The translations under genes and the position numbers were made by a program. Shown one piece after another: positions 18,322-29,078 of a DNA stretch of 64,000 bases. The notes below the pieces were generated by a model. It did no database searches. It had not been told where the DNA came from and saw only the letters and a list, made by a program, of their open reading frames with translations. Every line of letters starts with the position of its first letter. The first letter of the stretch is position 1. Source of the DNA: Patescibacteria group bacterium. Its GTDB lineage: Bacteria; Patescibacteriota; Gracilibacteria; UBA4473. Location of the stretch: NCBI GenBank assembly GCA_965660445.1, contig CBFIAK010000001.1, forward strand, positions 480,001 to 544,000. Reading direction: 5' to 3'.

Positions 18322-19944
18322 ATGCGTTTAAAATTTTATGTTTCGGGTGTGTTATTTGTGTTAGGAATTAGCTTTCTCGCTCTTGATATTCAAAGTCTTC
18401 AGAATGAAGATTTTTTTACATGGAATTATCATTCCTATACGACGAATCAGTCGCCAACAATTTTTCTTCAGGCTTTAGCAGAAGAAATGGAGTCCGATCT
18501 TATAACTGCACAAGTTGATGAAGCGGGTAATGAATCAGAAAATGATGTTGATGTAGATGAAACGAATGCTTTAACTATTTACAACCAAAATATGGCGTTA
18601 GTGAAACAAGTGAGAGATATGTCTTTCGAAGAAGGTCGCAATGAAGTTTCATATCGTGATGTTCCAAAACAAATTCAGTCAAATACAGTCTTTTTTGAAG
18701 ACTTAACTGATTCTTCAACTCGTATATTAGAGCAAAGTTATGAATATGATTTAGTGTCAGGAGATAAATTGTTTGAAAAATTTATTGATAAAGAAATTAC
18801 GGTAACCGTACAACAAGGAGACGAAACACAATCCGTAAAGGGTATACTGTTGAGTACCGCATGGGGAGATGTAGTGCTTCAAACAGATTCAGGTATTAAA
18901 ACAATTCAAAAAGGTCATATTATTGATACTGAATTTGATACACTTCCAGAAGGGTTTTCTACTCGACCGACATTAGTATGGACTTTATGGGCAGAAAAAG
19001 CTGGTATGCGAAAAGTGCGAACGAGTTACTTAACACGAGGGTTGTCTTGGAATGCCGACTATGTAGTTGTAGTAGATGATTCTGATACACAGTTATCACT
19101 TCAAGGATGGACAACGATTACAAACCATTCAGGGGCATCGTTTCCAGATACAAAGTTGCAACTTGTTGCAGGTGATGTGAATGTTGTTTCTCATCAGCGA
19201 TATCAAGATGATCTGGTTCGTCCAGTTCTTATGAATGCAAAACAAGAGAGTATGGATATGGGAGGATTTGCAGAAGAAAGTTTTTTTGAGTATCACCTCT
19301 ATAGTCTTGATCGAGTAACAGACATAAAAGAAAATGCTCAAAAACAAATCGAGCTTTTTCATGCGCATGGTATTGAAGCAAAAAAAGAATTCGTATACGA
19401 TCCACAAAAAAACCATTCTGCAGTTCGGTCTCACTTATCATTTCAAAACGAAGAAGAAAATAATTTAGGAGTGCCTATTCCAAAAGGGACACTCCGTGTC
19501 TATAAAAGAGACTCAAAAGGATCTCTGCAATTTATTGGAGAAGATATGGTAAACCATACGCCTCGTGATGAAGAAATAGAAGTGTTTTTAGGAAATGTTT
19601 TTGATATTGCAGTAGAGAAAAAACAGTTAAAATATGAAACAACAAAGAATTGGATCGGGTTTCGGGAATGTAGTTTTGCAACCCATGAAGTAGAATTGAG
19701 AAATCAGAAAGATGATGATGTGGTGGTGCAAGTATATGAAAATGTATGGGGAGCAAACATAGAAATTCAGAAAGCAACGGTTTCGGTATTTGCTTCTAAT
19801 AAACAAGAAGATAGTGAAGATGAACCTCAATCGACTGATAATGTTGAGTTTGAACTTGAAGGAGATGGACGATTTATTGCTGAAATTTCAGTGCCTTCCC
19901 GAGGAAAGAGTCTTTTGCATTATATGGTGCAGAGTTGTCGATAA
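18322..19944 (+). CDS. DUF4139 domain-containing secreted protein
   Basis: LTIYNQN.ALV, YEYDL, SYLT.GLSW.ADY, LQLVAGDV, EYHLY, LGVPIPKG..RVY, IGED...HTP. Confidence 0.82.
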   Translation: MRLKFYVSGVLFVLGISFLALDIQSLQNEDFFTWNYHSYTTNQSPTIFLQALAEEMESDLITAQVDEAGNESENDVDVDETNALTIYNQNMALVKQVRDMSFEEGRNEVSYRDVPKQIQSNTVFFEDLTDSSTRILEQSYEYDLVSGDKLFEKFIDKEITVTVQQGDETQSVKGILLSTAWGDVVLQTDSGIKTIQKGHIIDTEFDTLPEGFSTRPTLVWTLWAEKAGMRKVRTSYLTRGLSWNADYVVVVDDSDTQLSLQGWTTITNHSGASFPDTKLQLVAGDVNVVSHQRYQDDLVRPVLMNAKQESMDMGGFAEESFFEYHLYSLDRVTDIKENAQKQIELFHAHGIEAKKEFVYDPQKNHSAVRSHLSFQNEEENNLGVPIPKGTLRVYKRDSKGSLQFIGEDMVNHTPRDEEIEVFLGNVFDIAVEKKQLKYETTKNWIGFRECSFATHEVELRNQKDDDVVVQVYENVWGANIEIQKATVSVFASNKQEDSEDEPQSTDNVEFELEGDGRFIAEISVPSRGKSLLHYMVQSCR

Positions 19945-19948
19945 AGCA

Positions 19949-20149
19949 CTACAATCCTAAGTTTGATAGAGGATTGAGTGATCCAAGAGTATTTATAAGG
20001 AACGGAATAGCAATCGCCAGTATTAAGATCGGAATAACAAGTGTTATCAGTGAAAGGGTGAGCATCCATTGAAAATATTGTTTGAGCTTTCGAACGTTTG
20101 TATGTATTGATTGAAGAAGTTGTTGTTCTTCTGGAGTGAGTGATGACAT
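19949..20149 (-). CDS. small membrane protein
   Basis: MSSLTPEEQQLL..I..NV.KL followed by one TM helix. Confidence 0.6.
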   Translation of the reverse strand: MSSLTPEEQQLLQSIHTNVRKLKQYFQWMLTLSLITLVIPILILAIAIPFLINTLGSLNPLSNLGL

Positions 20150-20256
20150 AAGAAGAGGATAAAAAAACAAGCATATAATATGATTTCAAAAGAAAAAAGA
20201 AAATGACATTGAGTTGTTTTCTTTTTTTATTAGAATTCATATTGTGATTTCTCTTT

Positions 20257-21432
20257 ATGAAGAAACTTATATCGAATCAAATATCGCCTAATTTTACATA
20301 TACAGATAGTCTGTATGTATTTTTTCAGTTTTTTCGTTTATGGAGTAAATCATCTCTTGATTTTCGATCATTTTTTAAAACAGAAAACTACCTCTTAACG
20401 AATGCTGCTCGAACAGCACTCTCAAAAATCATAGAAACGGCTCATTTTTCAAAAGAAAAAAAAATTGGGATTCCTGCGTTTTGTTGTGTTGTTATGGCGA
20501 CTCCTTTTTTAGAAAAAGGGTATGCAATTCAATGGATTGATACAGATGAAAATGGGGTTATTGATGTTGAAGACTTTCTACAAAAATCTGATAACATGTC
20601 TTGTGTTTTGGTGCCTCATGTTTTTGGACAAATGGCTCCTTTGGGGCGTATTTGGGAGATTGCAAAACGAAAGAATATCATGGTTATAGAAGATTGTGCT
20701 CATGCATTTCACTTTGATCAATCATATTGTGATGTTCAGATTTGGAGTTTTGGTCGTGAAAAAGTGATTTCTTGTGTGAGTGGTGGAGCTTTAGTATGGT
20801 CAGAGTCTTCTCGCATGGGGGGGTTTCAATTTTCATTATTTCCATTAGAGAAACGAGAGATTCTTCGACTTTTGTTGCAACCCGTTATTTTTGCTTTAGT
20901 TTTGCCTGTTTGGCATTTAGGGAGTCTTGGAAAAATAGTGGCATATATAATGCGTCGATTGCGTATATTGCCTCGAGCTGTCACAGAAAAAGAAAAGCAA
21001 GGGAGAGAGGATTTCCCTCAGGCACAATTAGCGACGCCTCTTCAGTATATTTTGAAATACAAAATGCGTCGTTATGCACAACGGCAAAAACATCGTGTTC
21101 GTATAGCGAAAAAATGGAAATTTGTCTTGTCCGATATATTGCCCGATGCAGAAATTATTATTCCAGAAAACGCTTTTCGTGTTATTGTGAAAACAGAAAA
21201 AGCTGCTGATATAAAAACACAAGCACGTCGATGGGGATACGATTTATATGAATGGGAGGGAGTCCCCATTTCACCAGCAGATGTTCATTTATCGTCTATT
21301 GGATATGAGGAGGGGAGTTGTGTAAATGCAGAATATTTTGCGCGCCATTATGTAACATTTCCTACGAATATACGAACAACTGAAAAAGATGTGGAAAACT
21401 TTCGTCATCAGTGGAAACTATTTTATGCTTGA
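20257..21432 (+). CDS. DegT/DnrJ/EryC1/StrS PLP-dependent aminotransferase family protein
   Basis: N.ARTAL, PAF.C, PH.FG, IEDCAH, SFGREK (PLP Lys), GGAL. Confidence 0.85.
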   Translation: MKKLISNQISPNFTYTDSLYVFFQFFRLWSKSSLDFRSFFKTENYLLTNAARTALSKIIETAHFSKEKKIGIPAFCCVVMATPFLEKGYAIQWIDTDENGVIDVEDFLQKSDNMSCVLVPHVFGQMAPLGRIWEIAKRKNIMVIEDCAHAFHFDQSYCDVQIWSFGREKVISCVSGGALVWSESSRMGGFQFSLFPLEKREILRLLLQPVIFALVLPVWHLGSLGKIVAYIMRRLRILPRAVTEKEKQGREDFPQAQLATPLQYILKYKMRRYAQRQKHRVRIAKKWKFVLSDILPDAEIIIPENAFRVIVKTEKAADIKTQARRWGYDLYEWEGVPISPADVHLSSIGYEEGSCVNAEYFARHYVTFPTNIRTTEKDVENFRHQWKLFYA

Positions 21433-21437
21433 GTGGT

Positions 21438-22457
21438 ATGATTTCTATACAAACAATATCGGATGTCGATTATGATCAATTTTTTTATTCATATGAATTA
21501 GAAAAAACGTTTCTTCAATCACGTCTTTATGGATATTTGCAAGATTCTATAGGAAAAAAAAGTATTCGTTGGGGGATTTATGATGGAGGAAACTTATGTG
21601 GAATTGCGCAGTTTCAGATTATACATGCTCGTCGAGGACGGTATATACATTGTCCACATGGTCCTTTGGTGGGAGAGACTGCGATAGAAGATCTATGGCG
21701 AGTTTTTTTTGAGTATTTTACTGCCTATGCTCAGAAAGAAAAATGTGATTTTGTGCGTATATCTCCGTTGCAAGATGTTTCGTTTTCAAAGGTATTTGCT
21801 CGTTATTCTTTTCGTCCAGCTCCGGTACACATGGTAAATCCGGAACGAACATGGGTTCTGGATATTCAGAAAAGTGAAGAAGAAATACTTTCACATATGA
21901 AAAAAACGACTCGTTATGAAGTGCGTCGAATTGAAAAACAAGATATACAAGTTCGGATTGGTCGTGTGGCAGATGATTTTCGTATTTTTTGGGATTTGCA
22001 TCTACAAACCGCAAAAAGACAAGGGTTTACCCCTTTTTCAGAGACTTTTACGAAGAACGCACTTGATATCTTTGGTGATCAAATTTGTATTTGTTCTGCA
22101 TATAAAGATGGGAAATATTTTTCGAGTTCGATTTTTATTTTTGATGATCGTGCTGGATATTACCATCAAGGGGCATCTATTCCTCATTCACTTCCTTTTT
22201 CATATGCGACTCTTTGGGCAGGAATACGTGAGGCTCGTCGAAGGGGGTGTCAGGAATTTAATTTTTGGGGAGTGGTTCAAAAAGATGATAAAAAACACCC
22301 GTGGTATGGATTATCTCAATTCAAACGTGGCTTTGGCGGTGAAGAGCGGGTTTATGCCCATGCTCATGATCGTGTGATTACATTTCGCTACTGGTTTCAA
22401 TATGTATTAGAACGATACGAACGATGGAAGAAAGGATATGGTTCTTTTTTTGAATAA
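21438..22457 (+). CDS. FemAB/FemX-type lipid II aminoacyl transferase
   Basis: FLQS..YG, PHGP, LDI.KSEEEIL..MKK.TRY.VR, FNFWGV, GL..FKRGFGG. Confidence 0.88.
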   Translation: MISIQTISDVDYDQFFYSYELEKTFLQSRLYGYLQDSIGKKSIRWGIYDGGNLCGIAQFQIIHARRGRYIHCPHGPLVGETAIEDLWRVFFEYFTAYAQKEKCDFVRISPLQDVSFSKVFARYSFRPAPVHMVNPERTWVLDIQKSEEEILSHMKKTTRYEVRRIEKQDIQVRIGRVADDFRIFWDLHLQTAKRQGFTPFSETFTKNALDIFGDQICICSAYKDGKYFSSSIFIFDDRAGYYHQGASIPHSLPFSYATLWAGIREARRRGCQEFNFWGVVQKDDKKHPWYGLSQFKRGFGGEERVYAHAHDRVITFRYWFQYVLERYERWKKGYGSFFE

Positions 22458-22572
22458 AAAAATTATTCTCGATCAATATTTTTTTATACAAATCAATAAA
22501 AGAGAATTCATTCAATACTCTTTTGCATGCATTATTTGCGAAAAATTTTTTTGTTCATCATAATAAGAATGA

Positions 22573-25500
22573 ATGATTGTTTTTTCTCAAAAAACCATTC
22601 GAATGATTATTTCGCAAATCCGAAAAAAAAGCATTCTTTTTTCGGTTCTTTTGGGTGTGTTGTTGTGTTTTGTGTCTTCGGTTGAAGCTCGTTTAATTTT
22701 CGTAAATGAAGATGATGGAACAAATACTGATCGGTTTTATATAGATAAAGATGACACATCTCCCGATTATATTGATTTGGAGTTCGGATTAACACTTGAT
22801 TCTCGTATTCGGTTTGATATATCGGCAGATGAGTTTTTATTGAATCGCGATTTAAATTTTGGGGGGAATGAGTTGAAAAATATAGCCATTGAGCGTTTGG
22901 CTTCTGCACCTACGTGTGATGGAACTTCAAATGGTCGGCTCTATCATAATACGGTTGATGGGTTTTCATATATCTGTAATGGAACTAATTGGAGAGCAAT
23001 AGACGAAGACATCACACAGACTTTATCAGAATTAAGTACGAATATTGTTATTCTTGATGAAGATGATTCTGGTGGGGATGTTTCTTTGCAGTTTGGATCC
23101 TCTTTAAGTGAGTATCTTCGTTGGGATGATACAAACCAATGGTTTGTGCTGAGTGATGATTTGTATATTGAAGGAAATGAATTTATTGACTTTCGTGTTG
23201 AGAATCGTGATGGGAGTGTTAGTATTCCTGCCTGTGATAATGCGGGTGATTTGGGGAAACAGTATTATGACCAGAATGATGGAAATGCATATGTATGTAT
23301 TGAACCAAATCCAGCTGGATCTCCGGGAGTGTATGAATGGTTTGATTTTACGGCAACGTTTACAACCACCGCTACAAAAGTTGTGACCGTTGGAACAGGT
23401 GGAAATTACGCCACGATTGAATCAGCAGCTGGATATCTTACAACGCTCACAGGAGGGATTATTTTGTTAACAGCCGAGACACATAATGTTACAAATGTAG
23501 TTGATCTTGAAAACATTACCTTAATTGGTGCGAATACTGGAGATACAGTTGTAAACGTAACCGGAAATGGGTTTTTAGAAGTAAAAGAAACACAATTTAA
23601 ATCATTAACCCTTAATATTGATGCTGGGATAACCGCCAATACTGGTTTAGGGGCAAAGTATAATGCAGGGACAACCTCTTCCGTTATTTTTGAATGGGTA
23701 GATTTTCATATTGGTGGCACAAAGTATTTATTAGATAGTTTATCGGGTACACCTCCAATGGTTCGAACTCGATTTATTAGTGCGGCAGCTACTGCGGGAA
23801 ATCAACAAATATTGTTGTCAACGGCTTCGGCAAATTTAAATGCAGCATCAACTCATTTTGTGGAGTCTCAGAGTGGAAGTGGAGGACTTGATTTTTCTGA
23901 TTGGGATGTAACCATTTCTGGTTCTGGAAATGTGGTGAGCAGTGGAACCATTTCAACAATTCCTGAAAATACTATGTTTGTGTATCCGGGGATGAATATT
24001 CAAGGGGCAATTGATAGTTTAGCGAGTGGGGGGTTTATTACACTTCTTCCCGGAATTCATAATATTTCGAGTCCGATTTCTATTCTTACTGATGGAATTG
24101 AGATTGCTGGGTATGGAGATTCGACGATTATCCGAGCGAGTGGGTTTTCTGTTACGAATGATACGGCTGCTGCTATTCACATAGGTGCCACCGATGGAAC
24201 AAATCCAAGTAACGATGTATCGTTAAGAAGTTTTAAACTGGAGGTTGAAAACTCAAATATTCATGGGGTTCGTGTAGCAGGGGGGGAAGATATTCAGTTA
24301 TATAATTTGACGATTGAAAAAACGCAAGGAGTTTCAGGGACAGGAACAACAGCTCGTATGGGAATTCATATGCTTGATGGAACAACAGATATCTTATTAC
24401 GTCCAGTTATTTCTAATTGTCGTATTTTCGGAGATGAAGGAGCGGGCAGTTATTTTACTGATGGAATTCATATGACGGGTGGAGATAGTTATGGTTATAA
24501 CGGTATTTGGACAAATGGATCTGCTCCGCGGGGTATTCGAAATGCACTAGTGGAAGGGAATAATATTGATTATGTACGAGAAACAGTGGCGGTCTTTTTG
24601 GGAGTTGAAGATAGTTCTCTTTTTAATAATCGGTTTTCTCGAATGGGTGCTGGAGGTGGAAACTCATTTGGTCTTTTTATGGGGAATTCGTATCGAGCCA
24701 ATATGAATGCGAATGTAGTGAGTCGTTCTCTTTCAACAGGATCATCAGGGTTTGTAATTGAAGTTTTAAATACCGCCAGTCTTAAAAAAGTAGAAGACTC
24801 TTTATTTAGTAACAATACGGTTGATGGAACGGCTGATGGAGGAGTGGGGTTTCAGTATGCGTTTTATATTGGAGGAACAACAACAAATACAGAAGTTAAT
24901 AGAAATATTTTTCAAGGAAATGTTGTTCGGGGAGCGTCTGCAGGAACAAATCGTCGAGCATTCTTTATTCAGCAACGAGTCGATAAAAATATTTTCACAA
25001 ATAACTTGATTGTAGGAGGGACTGATGAATGGGATGTTGGGTTTGATATTTCAAGTACGACGAGTGACCAAAATGTTATTATTGGAAACACGTTTGATAA
25101 TGTAACGACGGACATTAACGATGGAGGAACGGCGACTCGTGAAACGGTAGAACATCACAGAAGTACAAGCAATCCAACAGCTTCAGATGATAGATCCGAT
25201 GGATTTAATATAGGAGTTATCTGGATCAATACAAACACAGATACAGCGTATATTTTAGTTGATAGCAGTGTTGGATCGGCAGTCTGGAATCAAATTGATG
25301 GCGGTGGAGGTGGCGGAGGAGTCACTGCTGTATCTTCAGCCTCAGATCCAACAGTAAATGATGATGCAAATGATGGATATACTATTGGAACATTGTGGGT
25401 GAATACAACAACGGATAACAGTTTTATCTTAACTGATGCTACTATTGGGGCGGCGAACTGGGAGCAAACGAATGGTGGCGGAGGAGGTGGAGGAGTTACG

Positions 25501-26967
25501 GCTGTATCTTCAGCCTCAGATCCAACAGTGAATGATGACGCAAATGACGGATATGCCGTTGGAACGTTGTGGGTGAATACAACGACTGACGAAAGTTTTA
25601 TTTTAACTGATTCAACGGTTGGGGCGGCGAACTGGAATCAAATTGATTCCCTCGGAGGTGGAGGAGGTGATTTGCCAGTGGTTCAAGCACGACGTACTAC
25701 GAATTTCACTATTCCTGCTGTGACCAACTGGTATGATATTCCTTTGGATACAACCGATGTGGAAAATGATACAGCGGTGCTGGAACATAACGCGGTTAAT
25801 ACAGAGCGAATTGATGTAAAAACAAATGGACTCTATCGTATTACTTACAGTGTAAGAGCGAATGATACGGGGACAACTCATACCGTTAATACCAGAATGC
25901 AGCTCAATGGAGCAACGGTACTTCCCGGATCACTTCTTGGTGAAACAAACTATCAGGGAGAATTCGGAACCATTACAGGAAGTTTTTTAGCGAATTTATC
26001 CGCGAATGATTATGTGGCATTGCAAGTACAAAGAACAACCGCAAACCAAGTAGTTGGAGAAACGGTTGTAACCGTTACGAAGCTTGAAAGTGGTTCTGGA
26101 GGGGGTGGTGGTTCTGGAACTGCGAGTAACACCTTTGTTCTTGATGATGATGATACAGGGGGTGATGTCGTTCTTCAATTTGGATCTACTCTTTCAGAAA
26201 CTTTGAGCTGGGATAGTGCGAATTCAGAATTTAGTCTTACTGATAATCTCGACATTGATATTTCTGGCAAATTCTTAGAAGGGGGTGACGGAACGGCCAA
26301 TGATATAATTTTAAATTTTGATGATGGAACTGATCGAAATTTTGGATGGGATGATGATTATTCAGCAACTCATACGGGTGGAACTTTTTCAACATTTAAT
26401 GAAGAACTCGCATTTCGAACACTTCAAAGTGGAGCGATTCCAGTTGCTTGTTCAGGAGCAGTTGCTGGAATGTTGTGGATGGATGTGGATACAGGATTGC
26501 TATACATATGTGATACGAGTAATGGACGAAATAAATGGTTAGGTGTGACAGAAATGAGTCTTTTTGGAGATGAAAGTGGGAACTGTACTGCTGGTAACGA
26601 TCCTGGGAGTAATGAAGGTTGTAATGTTGATTGGGGAAACGGATTAGGACCTGATACAGGAAGTGATCTTGGTTTATATATACCTCATCCTATTACGATA
26701 ACTGGATATGGGTTTTCTGCTGATGATGATGCCTGTTCAAGCGGTTCATTTGATGTGGAAGTGTGGAGTACGGGGAATAATACTAATGATAATAATTATA
26801 CGCTTGAACAAACTATTGCGGCAGGGTTGAATAATCAAGCTCATAATGCGAATAATCTTAATATCGATATTGCGGGAGACCAGTATATTTTATGGGGCAT
26901 TGATAATAATTGTGGTCAGAATATAGATGATTGGAATGTAATTCTCTATTTTCGATACCGAGAATAA
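22573..26967 (+). CDS. large secreted modular surface protein (parallel beta-helix, tail-fibre-like repeats, C-terminal beta domains)
   Basis: 1464 aa; signal peptide ending VEA; IQGAID.L..GG...L.PG beta-helix start; N/G/T/D-rich; internal repeats; start may be 22603. Confidence 0.8.
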   Translation: MIVFSQKTIRMIISQIRKKSILFSVLLGVLLCFVSSVEARLIFVNEDDGTNTDRFYIDKDDTSPDYIDLEFGLTLDSRIRFDISADEFLLNRDLNFGGNELKNIAIERLASAPTCDGTSNGRLYHNTVDGFSYICNGTNWRAIDEDITQTLSELSTNIVILDEDDSGGDVSLQFGSSLSEYLRWDDTNQWFVLSDDLYIEGNEFIDFRVENRDGSVSIPACDNAGDLGKQYYDQNDGNAYVCIEPNPAGSPGVYEWFDFTATFTTTATKVVTVGTGGNYATIESAAGYLTTLTGGIILLTAETHNVTNVVDLENITLIGANTGDTVVNVTGNGFLEVKETQFKSLTLNIDAGITANTGLGAKYNAGTTSSVIFEWVDFHIGGTKYLLDSLSGTPPMVRTRFISAAATAGNQQILLSTASANLNAASTHFVESQSGSGGLDFSDWDVTISGSGNVVSSGTISTIPENTMFVYPGMNIQGAIDSLASGGFITLLPGIHNISSPISILTDGIEIAGYGDSTIIRASGFSVTNDTAAAIHIGATDGTNPSNDVSLRSFKLEVENSNIHGVRVAGGEDIQLYNLTIEKTQGVSGTGTTARMGIHMLDGTTDILLRPVISNCRIFGDEGAGSYFTDGIHMTGGDSYGYNGIWTNGSAPRGIRNALVEGNNIDYVRETVAVFLGVEDSSLFNNRFSRMGAGGGNSFGLFMGNSYRANMNANVVSRSLSTGSSGFVIEVLNTASLKKVEDSLFSNNTVDGTADGGVGFQYAFYIGGTTTNTEVNRNIFQGNVVRGASAGTNRRAFFIQQRVDKNIFTNNLIVGGTDEWDVGFDISSTTSDQNVIIGNTFDNVTTDINDGGTATRETVEHHRSTSNPTASDDRSDGFNIGVIWINTNTDTAYILVDSSVGSAVWNQIDGGGGGGGVTAVSSASDPTVNDDANDGYTIGTLWVNTTTDNSFILTDATIGAANWEQTNGGGGGGGVTAVSSASDPTVNDDANDGYAVGTLWVNTTTDESFILTDSTVGAANWNQIDSLGGGGGDLPVVQARRTTNFTIPAVTNWYDIPLDTTDVENDTAVLEHNAVNTERIDVKTNGLYRITYSVRANDTGTTHTVNTRMQLNGATVLPGSLLGETNYQGEFGTITGSFLANLSANDYVALQVQRTTANQVVGETVVTVTKLESGSGGGGGSGTASNTFVLDDDDTGGDVVLQFGSTLSETLSWDSANSEFSLTDNLDIDISGKFLEGGDGTANDIILNFDDGTDRNFGWDDDYSATHTGGTFSTFNEELAFRTLQSGAIPVACSGAVAGMLWMDVDTGLLYICDTSNGRNKWLGVTEMSLFGDESGNCTAGNDPGSNEGCNVDWGNGLGPDTGSDLGLYIPHPITITGYGFSADDDACSSGSFDVEVWSTGNNTNDNNYTLEQTIAAGLNNQAHNANNLNIDIAGDQYILWGIDNNCGQNIDDWNVILYFRYRE
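25153..25668 (+). repeat. three tandem ~58-aa repeats separated by poly-Gly linkers
   Basis: S..PT..DD..DG[FY]..G..W.NT.TD...IL.D...G.A.W.Q; copies 2 (25321-25494) and 3 (25495-25668) are also similar at the DNA level. Confidence 0.9.
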
Positions 26968-27049
26968 AATTTAGTCTATATAACAGATTTTTCTCTTTGG
27001 GAGATGTTATTCTTGCAAAAAAAATATTTTAGTGCATAGTGTTTTTAAT

Positions 27050-29014
27050 ATGAGTAAAGATTTAAAACTGGTTTCACAATACAAACCAACAGGAGATCAG
27101 CCATTTGCCATTACTAATATCACAAAAGGGGTTCAAGATGGACTTCGTGATCAGTTGCTTTTAGGAGCAACAGGAACGGGAAAAACTTTTACTATGGCGA
27201 ATATTATTCAGAATGTTCAAAAACCAACATTAATATTAGCCCATAATAAAACGTTGGCGGCACAGTTATGTGCTGAATTTCAGTCGTTTTTTCCAGATAA
27301 TGCAGTGGGCTATTTTGTGAGTTATTATGATTATTATCAACCAGAGGCATATATGCCGCGGAGCGATACATTTATTGAAAAAGAATCAACTATCAATGAC
27401 GAGATTCAAAAATTTCGTCATGCAGCGACGGTGAATTTGCTTACACGCAGAGATGTTATTATTGTTTCCTCTGTTTCGTGTATTTACGGGCTTGGAGATG
27501 TCGAAACCTATCAAGAACTGGGGTTTGGTTTGCAAGCAGGAAAAGAGTATGTGCGGAATGATTTATTACGAAAACTCGTTAGTATTCAATATGAACGAAC
27601 GCGATCTGATTTAGTGCGGGGGACTTTTGAGGTTATGGGTGATGTTGTTACTATTTTTCCGCCACATGGCGACATTGGATATCAATTGGAGTTTTGGGGT
27701 GATTTGCTCGATTCTATTAAGGAAATAGATGCTTTTACGGGTGAAGTGTTTGAAGAAAAAGAAACCATATTTTTGTTTCCTGCAAAACATCAAGTCACAA
27801 CGCCCGAACGGATAGAAAAAGCTATTGGACTTATAGAATCAGATTTAGAAGCTCGTATTGTAGAGTTTGAAAAACTCGGAAAAAAATTAGAAGCCCATCG
27901 TATAAAACAACGAACTCGATATGATATAGAAATGTTAAGGGAAACCGGATATGTCAATGGAATAGAGAATTATACTCGATATTTGACACATCAAAAACCC
28001 GGAGAGCCACCAGCAACTTTAATTGATTATTTTCCGAAAGATTTTTTGTGTTTTATTGATGAGTCTCATATTACGGTTCCTCAAATAGGAGGTATGTTTA
28101 ATGGGAATTTATCTCGAAAAAACACACTGGTTGAATATGGTTTTCGATTACCAAGTGCATTCGATAATAGACCATTACGGTTTAAAGAATTTGAATCAAA
28201 AATATCTCAAGTGGTGTATGTTTCTGCTACTCCCAGAGAATACGAAAGGGAATTAGCAAAAGAAGCTACGTTTGAGCAGATTATTCGACCAACGGGACTT
28301 CTTGATCCACAAATTCAGATTCAACCGAAAAAACATCAGATTGATGTTTTATTGGAAGAAGCTCAAAAAGAAATTCAGAAAGGAAATCGTGTGCTTATGA
28401 CAACCGTTACCAAAAAATCAGCAGAAGATTTATCAGAATATCTTATTGAACAGGGGATAAAGGCAAAGTATTTACATTCAGAAATTGATACACTCGAACG
28501 TATTGAAATTTTAACAGAATTGAGAAACGGAAAAATTGATATTGTTGTGGGGATTAATTTACTCAGAGAAGGACTGGATTTACCAGAGGTATCACTTATT
28601 TGTATACTTGATGCTGATAAACAAGGATTCTTGCGTTCTCGAGATGCATTATTACAGGTTATTGGACGAGCTGCACGGAATGCATCAGGAAGAGTGATTA
28701 TGTTTGCTGATACGACAACAAAAGCGATGCAAGAAGCGATTGACGAAACAAATCGTCGTCGAGTTATTCAAGAAGCGTATAATACGAAACACGGTATCAC
28801 TCCGACAACTATCATCAAAAAAATAACAGATATTTCAAAAGATTTGACTGGTGGGGTTACTCGTAATTTTGAGAAGATAACAAAACGAGATGCATTACAA
28901 AAGATGATACGAGAGTTAGAGAAAGAAATGGATTTAGCGACCAAAAATTGGGATTTTGAAAGGGCTGCTCTCTTGCGTGATGAAATACAGATTTTAGAGG
29001 GAAGAATGAAGTAG
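27050..29014 (+). CDS. uvrB: excinuclease ABC subunit B
   Basis: PTGDQP, GATGTGKT, YYDYYQPEAY, DESH, NLLREGLDLPEV, IGRAARN, C-terminal UVR FERAA.LRD. Confidence 0.98.
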   Translation: MSKDLKLVSQYKPTGDQPFAITNITKGVQDGLRDQLLLGATGTGKTFTMANIIQNVQKPTLILAHNKTLAAQLCAEFQSFFPDNAVGYFVSYYDYYQPEAYMPRSDTFIEKESTINDEIQKFRHAATVNLLTRRDVIIVSSVSCIYGLGDVETYQELGFGLQAGKEYVRNDLLRKLVSIQYERTRSDLVRGTFEVMGDVVTIFPPHGDIGYQLEFWGDLLDSIKEIDAFTGEVFEEKETIFLFPAKHQVTTPERIEKAIGLIESDLEARIVEFEKLGKKLEAHRIKQRTRYDIEMLRETGYVNGIENYTRYLTHQKPGEPPATLIDYFPKDFLCFIDESHITVPQIGGMFNGNLSRKNTLVEYGFRLPSAFDNRPLRFKEFESKISQVVYVSATPREYERELAKEATFEQIIRPTGLLDPQIQIQPKKHQIDVLLEEAQKEIQKGNRVLMTTVTKKSAEDLSEYLIEQGIKAKYLHSEIDTLERIEILTELRNGKIDIVVGINLLREGLDLPEVSLICILDADKQGFLRSRDALLQVIGRAARNASGRVIMFADTTTKAMQEAIDETNRRRVIQEAYNTKHGITPTTIIKKITDISKDLTGGVTRNFEKITKRDALQKMIRELEKEMDLATKNWDFERAALLRDEIQILEGRMK

Positions 29015-29078
29015 AATTTGTCTTGCCAAAATGGGTACATTCCTGTAGAAAGAGAAAGCAAAATTTGACCCTTTTGGA

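Noticed and set aside
25321-25668. Near-identical repeat pair plus an Avd-fold-like gene at 8896 as a possible diversity-generating retroelement
   Set aside because: Mismatches include many C/T and other non-adenine synonymous changes, both copies are in-frame coding repeats, and no reverse transcriptase is in the window.
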